DNA of 64,000 bases from Raillietiella orientalis (GCA_036172245.1 JAYWIR010000033.1:1302001-1366000); one strand, 5' to 3'; counted from the stretch's first letter, positions 24,805 to 37,900 are shown. Translations and numbers: made by a program. The notes: a model not told the origin generated them from the sequence alone.

Positions 24805-27800
24805 GTACTCCGGAGCGTTTATTTATAGATTAAATAAACATTTACAATTTCTGTGGATGGACCAGTGGTCCAACCCCTTCCTTTTTGATCTTCCCCCGCA
24901 TCACCGGTTCTCAGAACAGTGAGTTCCACCACGGCAGCAGAGGGAATGAAAAAGAAAAAGAAAAAAAACAAAAGTAAAACAATTTTGGGGGAGGGGTGCG
25001 GAAAGAGATCACTGTCTTCTAGGGTCAGTCCACTGGATCCCTTGGAGGATGCCGGTAAGGTCTTGCTGGATACTGCTGTCCAGGTGGGGCCATCTGATCC
25101 CTATCCGCAGGAAGCAAACTGAGAAGTCGATGGCGTCCCTTTCATTTCTTTCTCGTTCTTTGGCTGCAGTTCACGCCACCAGGATCCCGCGGAGGCAGCA
25201 AAGTGCTGCGAGGACTGCTGCTAGCTGCAGAGCGTCCCGCACAAAGAGGAGTCTCGCAACGTCTCTGGGGTTGCCACCGAGGGTATCACGGGTCGCGGCA
25301 AAGTTTGGAAACTCAAAGGGACCGGAGGGCAACACAGCCCACTAGCAGGTGCGGGAGGGATTCCCGCTCCCCACACCTTTCACAGTTCGGCTCCGCACAC
25401 CCCAGTGTCTACTGATGCCGGTGGGTCTTGCATGCGAGGCCCCAGTGCAGCCGGCTTCTGCCCCTTCAAGGTGAGAGTGAGGGTGTCTATAAGAAGAGGG
25501 GGCCATTGCAGATCTTCCATCGGAAGTTCCAGTAGCTCGCCCCAGTGCAAGAGTCCTCGAGGGGAGGCACTTGGGATCGCAGCGTTCATTAGTTGGCCCG
25601 TCCACTCGCCTGGCCTTTTTTCTCCTACCGGGGATTTCGGCCAGAGGTAGTTCAGCAATTGAGGTATCATGTGGATGTGAATCCTCGATAAAGCAAGGAA
25701 CTCCTCAGCAGAAAGTGGGAAAGGAAAATCAAACTCTATTCTTCCCGTTCGCAAGGACAAGAAAACGAAGATAACGCGAGAGAGAAAGAGAAACAAATAC
25801 CACGGATGTGTCCTTTCAGGAACGCGGCGCACTCACCCACGAAATGAAGGAGGATGCATGCAATCGCTCCTGTCTTAAAAGCAGCGGGATCAAAGAATCC
25901 TGATTTGCTTTCCAGACTCGGACTACGCCAATCTTTTGAAAGGACTGGTACATCCGTGAGCACTCTGCAGAGCACCGTTCGAGGTGTCAGACTTCTGCAG
26001 GATCGAAAGGCTTTATCAGTCTCAGTCCATGAAACGGACCAACGACACACCTTTTGAAAGGCTCCATCCTTCCAGTGTGTTTTCCGGGGTGTGTCCTTAC
26101 TTCTACTGCTGCTAATCTGTACTCTTAAAATCGGTCTCTTGACAGATGAAATCCAGACATGTGCTCCGCAAAGTGCTTTCCTTCTCGTGGATGCTTCCAG
26201 AGGGCAGCTCACACGCCGTGTGTTCCTGGGAAAGCTCGAAGTTTGGGATGAACTCATCCTGGAGAGCAGTTTCGATCCTGTGAAACCACGTACTCAGAAG
26301 GGAATGATCGGCACTGATGCCTGTGGTCGAAGGAACCAAAGAAGTGTCTGACCACGGTCAGAGGAACCAAAGCAACACTAGCAATGCGCCCTCGTCGGCA
26401 GCCGTGTGGCTGCGATCTTCGAGCGTGGCGGGTTCGAGTCCCCCCCCTCACATGGAGTACCTGCACCGAGGGATGTATGAGAGCTCCCCTAACCGCAGGA
26501 CTACGCCGATCGGCCTCGTAGTCTCCGGGTGTGGAACTCATGGAATCCGGATGACCCCGTCGACTGGACGGGATTGGAAAGCTGACCCTCCAGAGTCCCT
26601 CCAGGAACCAAGGAGAGCCGATTCCCCTGCTCCAAATAAAGCCATTCTTTCCCTAGGGGTGAACCCTACGTCGTATTCCGAGGAGCTGGTTGGTACTGCC
26701 CTTAGGGAGTTTCCTATCCAGAGTGTGAAGAAGCGCGCTGCTCCCTTTATGGGAGCGTCCCTCAGAGAAATTGGGAAGCATCCCTTCGAAATTCTGTTCA
26801 GAGGAGTAACAAGAACGATTCTCTTCCCTCTGGAGAAGAAATTCAGAAGAGGATCCCTTCCAGGATTCCTTCGGAAAGAAAATGAGGAACGATCCCTACC
26901 GGGAGGTCCCTCCGGAGAGAATAAGGAAGAGATTTTGTTCGTAGTTCCCTTTTGGAGACAACCAGGATGAGGGTTCCTTTCGGGATTCTCTAACAAGCGT
27001 AGGAGGAACAAATTCCTTCCACCGGAGCCTATCTGGATCCTCGGGTGATCCCTTCGGGGTTATCTCCTAGTCTGAAGAGTTGAACGCATCTTCGGGTGGA
27101 GTGGACACGTGTTGAAAAACTTCGTTGGTTCCCCCCTAAAGACGCGGAAGGTTCTTCAGCACTCCCTCGGAATCAAACAGAAAAAAAAAATTCCAACGGA
27201 ATGGCGGAGATGAAGAAAATGAGTGAAGCAGGAAGTGCGGACCACGGAACGTTTGTCCTTAAAGAAAAACAAAAAAATAGGTGTGTGTGTTGTGATCTTC
27301 GGGAAAGTCCTTCAGAGTTTTGGCGAACTCCCAGGTGCGAGGGAACTCCAGGCTGAGGACCACCTTTGACGAAGTCATCATCAGTTGCCGATTCGCAGAT
27401 TCCCCCTTGATCGAGGCACTTCGGTGGCATCTCTTCTCCTCCACCACCTTGAATTAGAGGAGGGTGCGCTGAAAGAGGCAAAACCGTGGCGGTGGAACAA
27501 GCGGCAAGAAGCAGACTTGTGGGTCCACGAACCGAATGCAAGCTAAGTAGCTGCCCATCTTTTCTTATGATTTGATTTTCATGGTTTCGGAGTTTGACTC
27601 ATGATGGGACGGATGCTTTCAATATATGCAGCCCACGAACACTCCACATCTTTTTCCTGATGCGCACCTCCTGTCTTTTAAGAATCTGCAATTACTTCAG
27701 CAATTCATCATTTCCCGAATCCTGAAATCCCAGCCATCCTGCTGCAGGTTTCTCTTGGAGCAGAGAACATCTCTCTGGAAGAGCAGTGGGAAAGCCGTTC

Positions 27801-28300
27801 TTGATGCTAACTTCTCGTTTTGGCTCTTCTGGTGCCGTTTTCAAGTACTAAGAGAAAAACGTGACGTTCAGTGGAACTTGACTACCCTTCCTTTACCCTG
27901 AGGCCATTGGATTCGACTACAGCTTGGACCGCGAATAGTCTGGTTGCTGGCTGCCAGCCTCCAGGATTTCCAAGTAGTTGTTCTTGATCCGTCTCTCCGG
28001 CTCGCTTGTGTGTCACCGTACTCGTGCCCCGGTCGGAAAGTTAGGATACCAGTGATGTGGTAGGAGGATGTGGTCTGGTGATTCTTCCGGTCTTCAGCAC
28101 AGATGATCACTTCCTGCTTAGTGCACGATGCCCACACAGGCACAGGGCTGACTTGATCCATGAACCTACAGTCTGCCGAAGGCATTTGCCACCCTTGCAT
28201 AGAAAATGTCCCGAGGTCCGACTCTCTCTCAAGATCTTAGTGAGTTGGTGGTGCCTACTCTTTCATCACGGCATGCTGTGGGATGAATCTTGCAGGGCAC
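24805..28300 (-). mobile_element. Internally deleted LINE: ORF1, EN C-terminus/linker, zf-RVT and 3' UTR
   Basis: SPVPVW (~28130-28150, DUF4283-like). SADHSLL (ORF 26112-26339). PRGLLHWGELLELP and PNCERCGERESLPHLLVGC (~25330-25570). IRWPHL. AATAAA plus cgctccggagtacc at ~24805-24825. Confidence 0.75.
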
Positions 28301-28835
28301 TCGGCCACTCTGGAGCGTTTTATTTGAAAGGAATAAACAAGTAGGGAACGTGGTTCCCAAAGCAAACACAAAAAAAGTTGGTCGACACTCATGTCTATTT
28401 CTGGAGCATCCTGTAGCGAGAGGAAAGGATACAATAAATAAATAAAGGGAGGGTACGAATAGGGTATTTCACATTAGGCGCTTAATGCTGACTATCTCCG
28501 ACTCGACTGCTTCTTGTAAGCGACTTGTTTCTTCTTCCGACTCCCAGCGGCCTCATGTAGGCGGCTGCCATGCTGGGATGACCTCCCTTCGCTACGCTCC
28601 AAACTCCAGCACATGGCGGGATGCGACGAGGGCTGCCGAGAGTGACCCTCGCGGCAAGTTCTTGGTGGTGTCATTCGGAAGCAGGAGCCCTCAAGGCAGC
28701 CTCTCTGCCACAGTCTGTGGAAGGTACCATAGTTCAATAATAGGTGAGAGAGAGATTCAACGGTTCCGCCCCTGGAAGAGCTCGGTGAGACCACTTTACC
28801 GGAAACGAGGCGCCGACGCTGAAGATCCCAGTGCA
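28300..28835 (-). mobile_element. Older diverged copy of the LINE 3' unit
   Basis: Aligns by eye with 2250-2600 (e.g. gatgacctcccttcgctacgctccaaactccagcaca). Retains the GGGAAC-cac-GTTCCC hairpin and AATAAA. Confidence 0.75.
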
Positions 28836-28949
28836 TCTCACCTCGTTCATCATTTTTTTTTTTTCTTCAGAATCACTCACAACAAGTGAGAATATCAGAA
28901 TCCCTTCTGAATTCCGTTGATTGTTCCGCACAAGTCTCAGTCCTATGGC

Positions 28950-30750
28950 GAGCATTCATTTCTGTAAGCCGTAGGGTTAAGAGCAACATTTTGTTCATCT
29001 TGCATGGCCACACCAAGAAAAGAACAGTTGAAAAAATGTATGTACATGTTTAGACATTGGGCTGGAGACCAAAATATTAGCATTCTTGGCAATTCCGCCA
29101 TCACGTCTCCTAAAGGGATGGCTTCACTCCCGAGAAGTGGTTCAGCAAAGAATCAACGAGGTAGATGTAAAGAAAAGTTCCAAAGTATCAAGATAAGCAA
29201 AACAGGAACTGCAGTCTGCTCGATAGACAGATGCGAGATTACAGTGCTTACCCTTTTGTTTCACCCCGAGGAGAAAGGTCTTCTTACCTTGGTGACTTTC
29301 TGCAAGGGTTCATGGCCATCGCTTCTCTTTCTGCCCATTTCCTAGAAGAGCGGCGATTTATTCCGCGCTCATCCTGTCGTTATCTGCCCGTTTATCCCTT
29401 CAACGAAAGCAATCCATACCTCCCTACCTGTTCCTGCAGAGATTCCTAGGAGGACTTCCTCCCTGACAACCTCGTGAACGAGCCATGCGTCCTGAATCCG
29501 TGAAGCACGCTCGCGCCTGCGTCATCACCGGCAATGATTCCTAAGCTCATACTTTGATATGCCAGCGCAAAAAGCATCTCTGTTCCTCCTGCCTCGACCC
29601 GTGAGATGATGGTGCTTACGTCAGCGACGAATTGAGTGCCATTTGGGCTTTCAGGACATTTTTTCTCCTGGAATGTGCTGACAGAATTTTACGATTCGTG
29701 TCCACGAAACCGACTTGTTGGCTCTCTTCAAGGCTCTTGAAATCCATTGCCAGAGACTTGGGAGACCTGCGAGGTGAGAGAGATGAAGATTATGACCTAC
29801 GAGGTGAAGATGAAAGAGGAAAATCCGTTCATAATTTCTATCAGCTTCGTATCGCATCTTGCAGGCAGCGTATGCATGCTCACTGGATTGTCTCTCTGCA
29901 AGAGCAGAGATCTGCAGAGATTCACAGCAGATGGACAGAAGCACAGTGGGAAAGAGATAGACATCTGTTGGCCAAGGTCGAAAGAATCCAAACCTCACTG
30001 GGTACAAAACTAAGCTGGAACCAGAGGATGAGGAGACATAACCAATCAAATACATACAGGTATGATGGACTCATCTCACAATAGTGACCTTATGGTTCCC
30101 AAGGGATCGGTCGGGTAGAGGCACGTGGAAAGCAAATAGCACCGGCTCTTCTGTCCACAGCTATCCTAATGCTCGCTCCCATTGAGCTTCCCAGCTTGGA
30201 CCATTTCGTCGCACTCAGCATGAGCATAACGGTGATTGCGAACGGCTTCCCGTGGATGTCAGCCACAATCTTCCATATTAACCACTACCGATACTCTCGC
30301 GGGTGGCGGAAGATGACCAGAAAGGGAGCAATCTGCAAGTCCGAAGAGGAGAGCATTCCTCTCAGCATCGTATTCTAACCGTCCCAGCATCGGGAAGCTG
30401 GAAGGTTGACCCTGGCAACAAAGCTCCCGGCCCTACCGAAGCCTGTGCGGAAGTGTTCCTACTGTTCTGCGGTGGATGCATTCCATGTGGATCCACCTTG
30501 CGGATGCATGGATCGAGCAAGGTGGCGGCGTTCTGATTGCTCAGAAGAAGAAGAGAGGCGCTGATCTTGATGGAGCACAGGAATCTCGCACAACCCTGCA
30601 GATAAACTGATGGTTGGAGTTCGCTGTTCTCTTCATCTTCCTGAGGTCCATGGAAAACTCCTCGCGCTTGCTGTACTCCGGTTGCCAGTTGGCTGACGAA
30701 GATTTTCACACTTCTAGGGTGCTTGGTAACAGAGATGATCCCGACTGCTC
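28950..30750 (+). mobile_element. Highly decayed, deleted LINE (ORF1-, linker-, RT- and post-RT-like pieces)
   Basis: LFHPEE...W (DUF4283-like), CWPRSKE...W (linker-like), VTL-VPKG...WK (RT start-like) and TVIANGF. All matches are weak. Confidence 0.35.
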
Positions 30751-31499
30751 CATGAATCCTCTACTAGACCATTTCCCTGCTGCCCCTCATGAGTTTCATG
30801 CAGATTATACTTTTGTAACTATGGAAATGTGTTGCATCCACCTCCTTACAACTGATAACGTAGTGCACGCTTTTTATGGGAACATAAATGTTGAGCGAAA
30901 GTGCTTTTTCTAGTATCGTCTTTCTGCTCGATTAGCCAATACATGTCGCGTGGGTAGCCTTAACATTTTGTCTTGCCGATATCGTGGCTCCGTCTGCACT
31001 ACTCGATTTTTTTTAGATCATGTCTTTTTGTTAACCTCTTTCATTCTTTCAAAGTAATTTATTATTGCTATTATGTCGCTTTCCAAGATTTCCATGCAAC
31101 TGGTCTCACAGAGACACGTTTTAGGTGCGACATTTCGGTTTCCCTGTTGGTTTTGCTGAGATCTTGCGGACGTCCTTGTGTCCGAGGTGTCCAAACAAGA
31201 TACGGGTCTCGTGTTTTGGAGCAGTAGTCCATGTTTCGTCAGGTCAGACGACCTCTGTGCATACTATTGGGAGGGAGTTCTCGGACAGGACAGTTGAAAA
31301 TTTTTTTAGAGATGTGAAGTTCCTTCATCCCCCATCTCTTTTACAGAAGTGTGACTAACGCAGAGTGCTTTGCGTTAGTCACTTCAGTATCTGGTCATAT
31401 TCCAGACTGTAGCTTTACTCATTGTGAAGCATGCCCTCAAGTTCGACTTAAGGCACGTTGGCTGGCAGATAGGTGACGCATCATAAGATATCGATATCG

Positions 31500-32300
31500 T
31501 AAGAACAGATCCTGATGAGATTTTATTTCATTGTAAATGGAATGTGTGATGCAATAAAGATGATGGTTCTGAATCATCTTACAATTCTTTCGTTCATTCT
31601 GCATAAGGACGTTTGGTACGAGCGTTGATCAATGGCTGTTTCTCAGCTTGGCTTCTTCTTCCTGCTCTGCGTCGTATTCCGAACGCTGTCCATTCCTCGT
31701 GACTTTCTTTAGATATTGCCTAAGGTAGGAGGCATCATCAGGCGCACTCGAAATGTCCTATAAATATCACAGCTCCAGAGAGATAGACGAGACACCTCAT
31801 GGTTGCCTCGTTTATCTCTCTGCACACAGTCGTGGGTTGCCCACGTCACGTAGAACTCGAACAATAAATGCTCTTAGGAGCCTTTACCCTACACGTGTAG
31901 AACGATATCCTGGTAATTTGGTTCATTCCCCTGCCCGGCAGTCTGAGACACGCCTATTTTCCATTTTCAGATGGGCAAGCAGCATCAAGTATCACCGCCA
32001 GTCGATTGCCCCTCTGCAGCAGTAAGTACGACCGCAGGATGAAATCCACTTTGAGAAAACAGCGCTTCGCTGACACCAAAGTACATCCAATAGTCACAGT
32101 CGAGGCTTTCTCAATATCCTTCAGCTGTGGCCACCTACCCCTCTGTGTATACAAGCGAGGACCTCATACTATGATTTCGTATGTGAGGCAAGCAGCACAC
32201 CTTCCTTTTGGCCAAGGGCCTTTATAAGGGATCAACTTAAAGCACGGGTGGGAGATATGTGGTTTCGAACGGAATACTGGCCACACGGAATTAATCCACT
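31500..32300 (+). mobile_element. Possible LINE endonuclease remnant
   Basis: NITAPER (~31763-31785, NxYAP) and VHPIV (~32080-32095, DHxPI). Weak. Confidence 0.3.
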
Positions 32301-32390
32301 GGATTTATGGCCGTGGAGTATCGAGGTGGAGAGCATATATATGTGGCGAAGATAGCGTCCCCCAGCACATGGCACGAACACGTGATAGGT

Positions 32391-33218
32391 ATGGTTGTTC
32401 ACCCGGTCACGCCAGGGCGTTTTTTTATGGGCACACAAATAAGCAAACAAATTGGGAACCCAGTTCCCAGGGGAAACGACAAGGAGCTCGCAGGTCGGTC
32501 ACTCTGCAAGTCCGGAACGGGAGAGAAAGGAAGTATAAATAAATAAAGGAAAAATGGGGACAGATGTCTTTGGCACTGGGTGCTGCTCCCTTCTCAGGAC
32601 CGGCGCTGAATGCCGGCCATCTCCGACTCGACTTCTTACTGCAGGTGAGGCCACCTCCCAGCCGTCCTCGTGTTGGCGCCTCCCAGGCGGGGGTGACCTC
32701 CCTTCCCTGCGCTCCAGACTCCAGCACACGGCAGGATGTGGCGTCCGCGCGGATGCAGCACTTCGTTGGAATCATGGCGCCTCCTGACTCCGCCTCTCGA
32801 GAAGAATCTCCGCAGAAACCTCTTGGAGGCGTCATCCGAAAGCAGGAGACCTGAAGGCAACCACCGACACAGTCGGCGCCTCAGCCCAGTAATCGGTGAA
32901 GAAACGATCCAACGTTCCCGTCCCTGGAGGAGTGCGGTGAGGCTACTGTGTGACGCTGGTTGCACTGGAAACCCGAGCGCGGGAACGGCAGCACATCCCC
33001 AAGGGGAACACAGGAGTGCTCGTACGCAAAAGGGGGATCGCAGGTTTCTCGGGAGGCACACTCGAGAGTTCTCCCCACCGAAGAAGTCGCTTTGCCCGGT
33101 ATCGAGGAGTGACGGCTCGTCCACCAGCTCGCTCGTCTTGCAGCAGTCCAGCAACCCCTCAGCGGCTCAGGAGAACTCCCATGCCGCTGGTAGCCTGGTC
33201 ATCTTTAGAGAAGACAGT
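32391..33218 (-). mobile_element. LINE-derived 3' unit (~830 bp), copy B
   Basis: Near-identical to 15472-16303, with roughly ten differences seen by eye, including a 4-bp A-run indel. Confidence 0.85.
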
Positions 33219-33239
33219 ACCGCGGAAAGAGGTGTGGTC

Positions 33240-35230
33240 ACCAGGCGGTCATTTGATTTTCCACTTATGCGATGCTACAAACGTCGTCGAACCCTGGAGG
33301 ACATCTCCGAGCTGAGTTGAGAAGGCTCTCGCAGGCGACCGAAAATGTGGTGAATTTACCTGGCGTCAGAGGTTCAACCTCATGTGTGTCCCATCCTTGT
33401 CTAGGGGAGCGCTAACCTTCGCTTCTGTTAGCGTTGGCTGGTTGCCCGAGTCTCATGAAAACAAGGTAAGTTCCTGTCCGAGGTGTCTGAATTCTGTGCT
33501 AGTGCTGCATAGGCCATTTGGCTGCTGGTGGAAATTAGCAGTTCGCTCTTCCATGTGAGCGAAGTCAGAGGCAGAAAATCTGAGTATCTTCCAAGAGTTG
33601 ATAGCGCAAGAGAAGAGACAAGGTTGGGAACAGTCCCCGCATGTGTGTCTTCCATTTCTATTCTTACCGCACCCAGATTCCTTAATTTTGCCTTGATGAA
33701 CACACCTTTAAGATGGAAGGAGGAGTCATCAGCTCTTCGATTCCCCTGGCCTCTCATCAAGATCAAAACGCATGTGCGATCCCAGTAGATCATCCGAGGG
33801 AAGAAAGCTGATGGCTGGATTCAGTAGTCGCCACATGTCTTCGGACGTCAGACTAAAGAGAACGCTTGACATGCTTCCTGAGGGATACGTTCCTCGGGAA
33901 GATACAAATTGCAGAGGTTGTCAGACACAGTGCTCGAAATTCAAAACAAGACACGCGTTTCTTAGTGGGTTCGTAATTGCGTGTTCAAAGACTCCATTTC
34001 CAAGATCGCCTTTGCGCTTCCTTAATAATTCAGTAAGGATTCTCTTCCTTTTTTCTTCGCTCGTAAGCTCGGGGATCGGAGATATCATCTGAAATTGCTT
34101 GCGGCGCTTAAGCTGAGGGCGCGTAAGGGAAAAACTCTTTGTCGTGAGCAAGTTAAGAGGTCACCGCTAAGCTCGGCCACCGCGTGGAGATACCGACCAC
34201 TCCGTGGTGCAGACAGTAGCACGAAAATGTGCTGCTGTGACTCCGGTGTTCTTGGCTATCCGAAGCAGAAAGCTGCTTTTGCCGTTGGTTATGTTCCCCA
34301 GTTCTAAATGAAGGTGATTTACGACCACCTGTAGCCATCAGAGGATGTGACTGATTTCCGCCCCAGAAGACATCTGCTGCTTATCTGTCAAGAGATGTAC
34401 CGCATCTTACCTTACAGCTCGCAATTGATGACGATGACCCTTTCTAAAAGAGGAAAAAGAACTTGGAACGCCTCTAATGTCCACTCCAATGAGACGTTAG
34501 AATCGAAAATCCCCGCAGGTTTCCAGAAAGCCGCAGGGCTCCACCAACGCACCTCAGCACTACGCACCGTTCAACGCAAGAGCGCGTGGACATCTCGCGG
34601 GTCGAAGGAAGACCACGTCCAGCGCTGGGCACCCAGAGGTTTTCACCCCCACCTCTGACGAATTTTTAATAGTAGAACGTTGGCAAGTGGGTCTCAGAAC
34701 ACCAGCGTCGGGCATTTGGAAGATAGAGCTTTTTCATCTGTTTTCAACCTCACGAATAAATCATTCCCTGATGCTTTCACGTGGTAATGAACTCTTGACG
34801 ATTCTTTAGCCTGATGTTCTGTGAAATGCGACTTGATGATGGCCCTTGATGAGAAATCACTTTCAATCAAATGCTTATTAATGATGCTTCCCTGTCGCTT
34901 CTTCTGGTGTTCCTCTTCAATCAAACACGGAACACTTCCATTCTCCTGAGTGGATGCGACCGGACGCGTTTCTTCGCATTCCCTGCCTCCTGTCCAGATG
35001 GAACGTGGACCAGGAAAAACAACCGCTTTCTCTCCGAAGGTCCGATCGCCTGAGCTGCGAAATGAAATCGCGGCTCGGAGCTGAAATTCGTGGTGCACTC
35101 GTGTTCCGGGGACTGTGTTGACACGGCAAATTAACTATGCTGCGAAGACGAGCCCGTCTGACATGAGCTCCACGTCAGTCATTTCGCTGTCCCATAAATT
35201 ATAGATGCTGCAGACTCTCCACAGAGTAAG
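33240..35230 (-). mobile_element. Decayed LINE RT and post-RT region
   Basis: TVPGTRVHHEF (~35085-35120, KxPGxDGxxxEF). SSGAEISH (~34350-34375, SGxxIN). RKRKGDLGNG (ORF 33921-34151, PKxxGGLG). Confidence 0.55.
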
Positions 35231-35699
35231 GTCGACTCAACACGTGGCTCTCTGCTCGCGCTGCTCTGCCGGGCTACACGGGGATGCGCGAGTGTAGCTC
35301 TGCGTCTGGGGTGATGGCGCGCTCTTGGGATGCGCGCCCTTTCTGGGGGAAGCAGAAGGGCTTCTCCTGCAGGTGGCGCGCGTGCTGGACGGATTGCAAC
35401 GGGAACGGTCCGAAGTGACCGATGACCGATTACCCAGCTGATGCTTTGGAGCTCGCATTCTCAAGAGCTGAGGTTCGGCGTTTGATTTTCCACTTGTGCG
35501 AAGTGGAGCTCTTGCGGGGAAGGTGGTGGTTTGATGGCAGTGATGCGACGGAGGCTTCGGCGAAAACGACGGCCGAGGGGACGTGCGGAAATTTCTGCTG
35601 CACTTTTTCGCTTCTTCGTTTGCATTTTGCATTCATGAAATTCATGTTTCATTCGCTTTGTCCGCCGCCAAGGAGGGCTCTCCTCGGCTGCTTCGTCAC

Positions 35700-37900
35700 T
35701 TGGGATTTACGGAATAAGATGGCTATCACCAGCGACGCTGCAGTTTTCCTCCATGTAGAAACAGCACATGCGCTAGGCAACAGCAGCTCATCCACTCGCT
35801 CGTGCAAAACGCCACTGCTGCTACCTTGGGCAGCACAGCGCCTAGTTCTGGCACGGAATGGTAAGCAGGGCTCTTGGAATTCTCCTGGTGCCCTGCAGCT
35901 CTCGAATCGCGAGCCGCCCGTCCAAGATATTGCAGGTTTTCATGGGAACCGGTACGATGTGTTTCAGAGGAAAGGAGCGCTTCAGCATCTTTGGACGGAG
36001 CCCCTCGAAGCGCCCGTTCTGGGTTTTCGGCGAAAACTGCCACGCCTTGGTTCGTTCATCTGACCACGTGCGGGGCCAGCGCCATTCCCTCCTCCTCCCA
36101 CCTGGAAAAAGGCTCCGGATCTTTCCATGGATCCTCGCACGGCAGCTTATGGAAAAAGTGGAAACTTCTAATTATTCCACCGATCTTGCAAATTGCTGAC
36201 GCCATCTGGGCGGAAGTCTCAAAGTACTTCTCTTGGTTCTTTGAAATTGTTTTCAAACCCTGAGATTTAAGATCACTTCCTCCAGGTTTCTCATTTCGCC
36301 TGGAAACGCTCGAGCATGTGCTTTCACTTTTCGTCTCGATGTTCCCCGAATCCACTCGTTAGGGTCCCGAGTCTTCTTAAATCATCTCAGATGCACCCAT
36401 GGCAACAAGAATTTCCTACCCGTTTTGGATGCCGGCTGTGTCACTCGAGCTTTTTATAATCAACGCTTTGAGCTGTTTCCCGGGCGAAAGGTGTTTAGTG
36501 GTCTGCCCACCTCGTTCCAACTGCCTCGGAGGTGGCATAGCAGCCAGCCTCCCTGAATTGGAGTTATTGGAGAAGGAAGGCGGGCCGCAGCAAACATCTT
36601 GTAGGCACGATAGGCGGGGAAAGGTCGATTTGATTTGAGGAATGGGACAAAAATGCCCGTCTCAAAAATCAAAAGGATCTCCGAAGCACATTTCCCTTGG
36701 TGTTCCGGAGCAAAGCAGATCTGAGTAGCTGGAAAGACGAAATTCGGTGCCGATATTCAGATGTTGTGAACGCGACCCATGATAATGGTCATCGCGAGGA
36801 TCTGTAGTCTCTGGTCAGAGAAATCGCTCGCCGCATGCCTCGGCTTCTGAGTCGTCGAGCGATCCCACGGAGACGGAATGGTTTCTTCGTCAACTCTGAA
36901 GGAACACTTTCGTGACATTTGTGAGCGAACTGGCGTGATCCTCTTGGGCGAGGCTGCAAGAGCACGAAATTCTTCATTACCGAGGATGCCTGCCGAAGCG
37001 CTTCCTCCTTCGCTTCCTGTGACAGCGACTTGAGCATCCACGGGATTGTGGGATCCAGCCCAAAATGATCCACCGCAAGCCGGATGCGGTCGACAAAAGA
37101 CGGCAAAGCTTGGAGCTTAGGGGAAAAGAGTTTACCGTTTTCCTCTTCCCAAGTTCCATTTCGTGTTTCGAGTCTCTGAGCAAGATCGCTTCTCCCTTTT
37201 CATGGATATGCAGTCACACCGAAGTTTTTGCCCTTAAGGATGACGAAGGCATGAGTCACACTGGTTTCAGTGCCCGTGGACAGCACCTCTCAAAATTCTC
37301 GACCCTAGAACAGTCTCTTGGAGAGCAGAATGGATCCGTTTACTAGAGCAGAGTGGCGAATGTCCACAGATGAGTGCGCTGCCAGCGAGGAACGTAAAAG
37401 GGCTCACTGCTTGAGCGCCTTTATCAGCCTTCCTGTTTTCAGCTCCTCCTCACATTCCAGCCTTCTCACGAACATCCTCTCCAGATCGCCTATGAGACTG
37501 CTTCAGCATCAGCACAAGACTTTTTACACCGAACTACCCATGGTGCAGATTTGGACACGTTCATCGTACGCGAGAAGGGGTTGGGCGTCTTGGAAACGCA
37601 TATGAAGAATTCAGGAGCCAAAAGTGAACGCTCCACATTTAAGCTTCAGTGATGAGTCGCGTTCTGTACAACGTGGAGATGTCTATTGGGAAGCTCGTAC
37701 GGGCTCCTCTGAGGAAAAATTCTTCCGGTAAGACAGAGATTGACAGAGATTCCAATGCTATGATGACGCTGAAAACCTGGATCGTGAAATAATCGACGTT
37801 CTTCCAGCCAGCATCTCGTGTTGGCATCCGATGGTTTTGAACGCCTCCAGGAGAGGTAAAGGCGGGTTCGACAACGTGCTCCAAGTCGGTGAAGAAGTGT
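35700..37900 (-). mobile_element. Decayed LINE EN, linker and RT start
   Basis: AGWKNV (SWNV), PIDISTLYRTRL (PDxxxLQETxL), LICGH (GDFN site), AVDHF (SDH) and EKYFET (linker), followed by an RT-start-like segment at 35750-36050. Confidence 0.55.

Noticed and set aside
15472..33218. The two ~830-bp direct repeats as LTRs of a 17.7-kb LTR retrotransposon (they can be trimmed to TG...CA)
   Set aside because: There is no matching target-site duplication, tRNA primer-binding site or polypurine tract on either strand, and no gag/integrase motifs inside. The repeat itself is LINE ORF2 C-terminus plus UTR.
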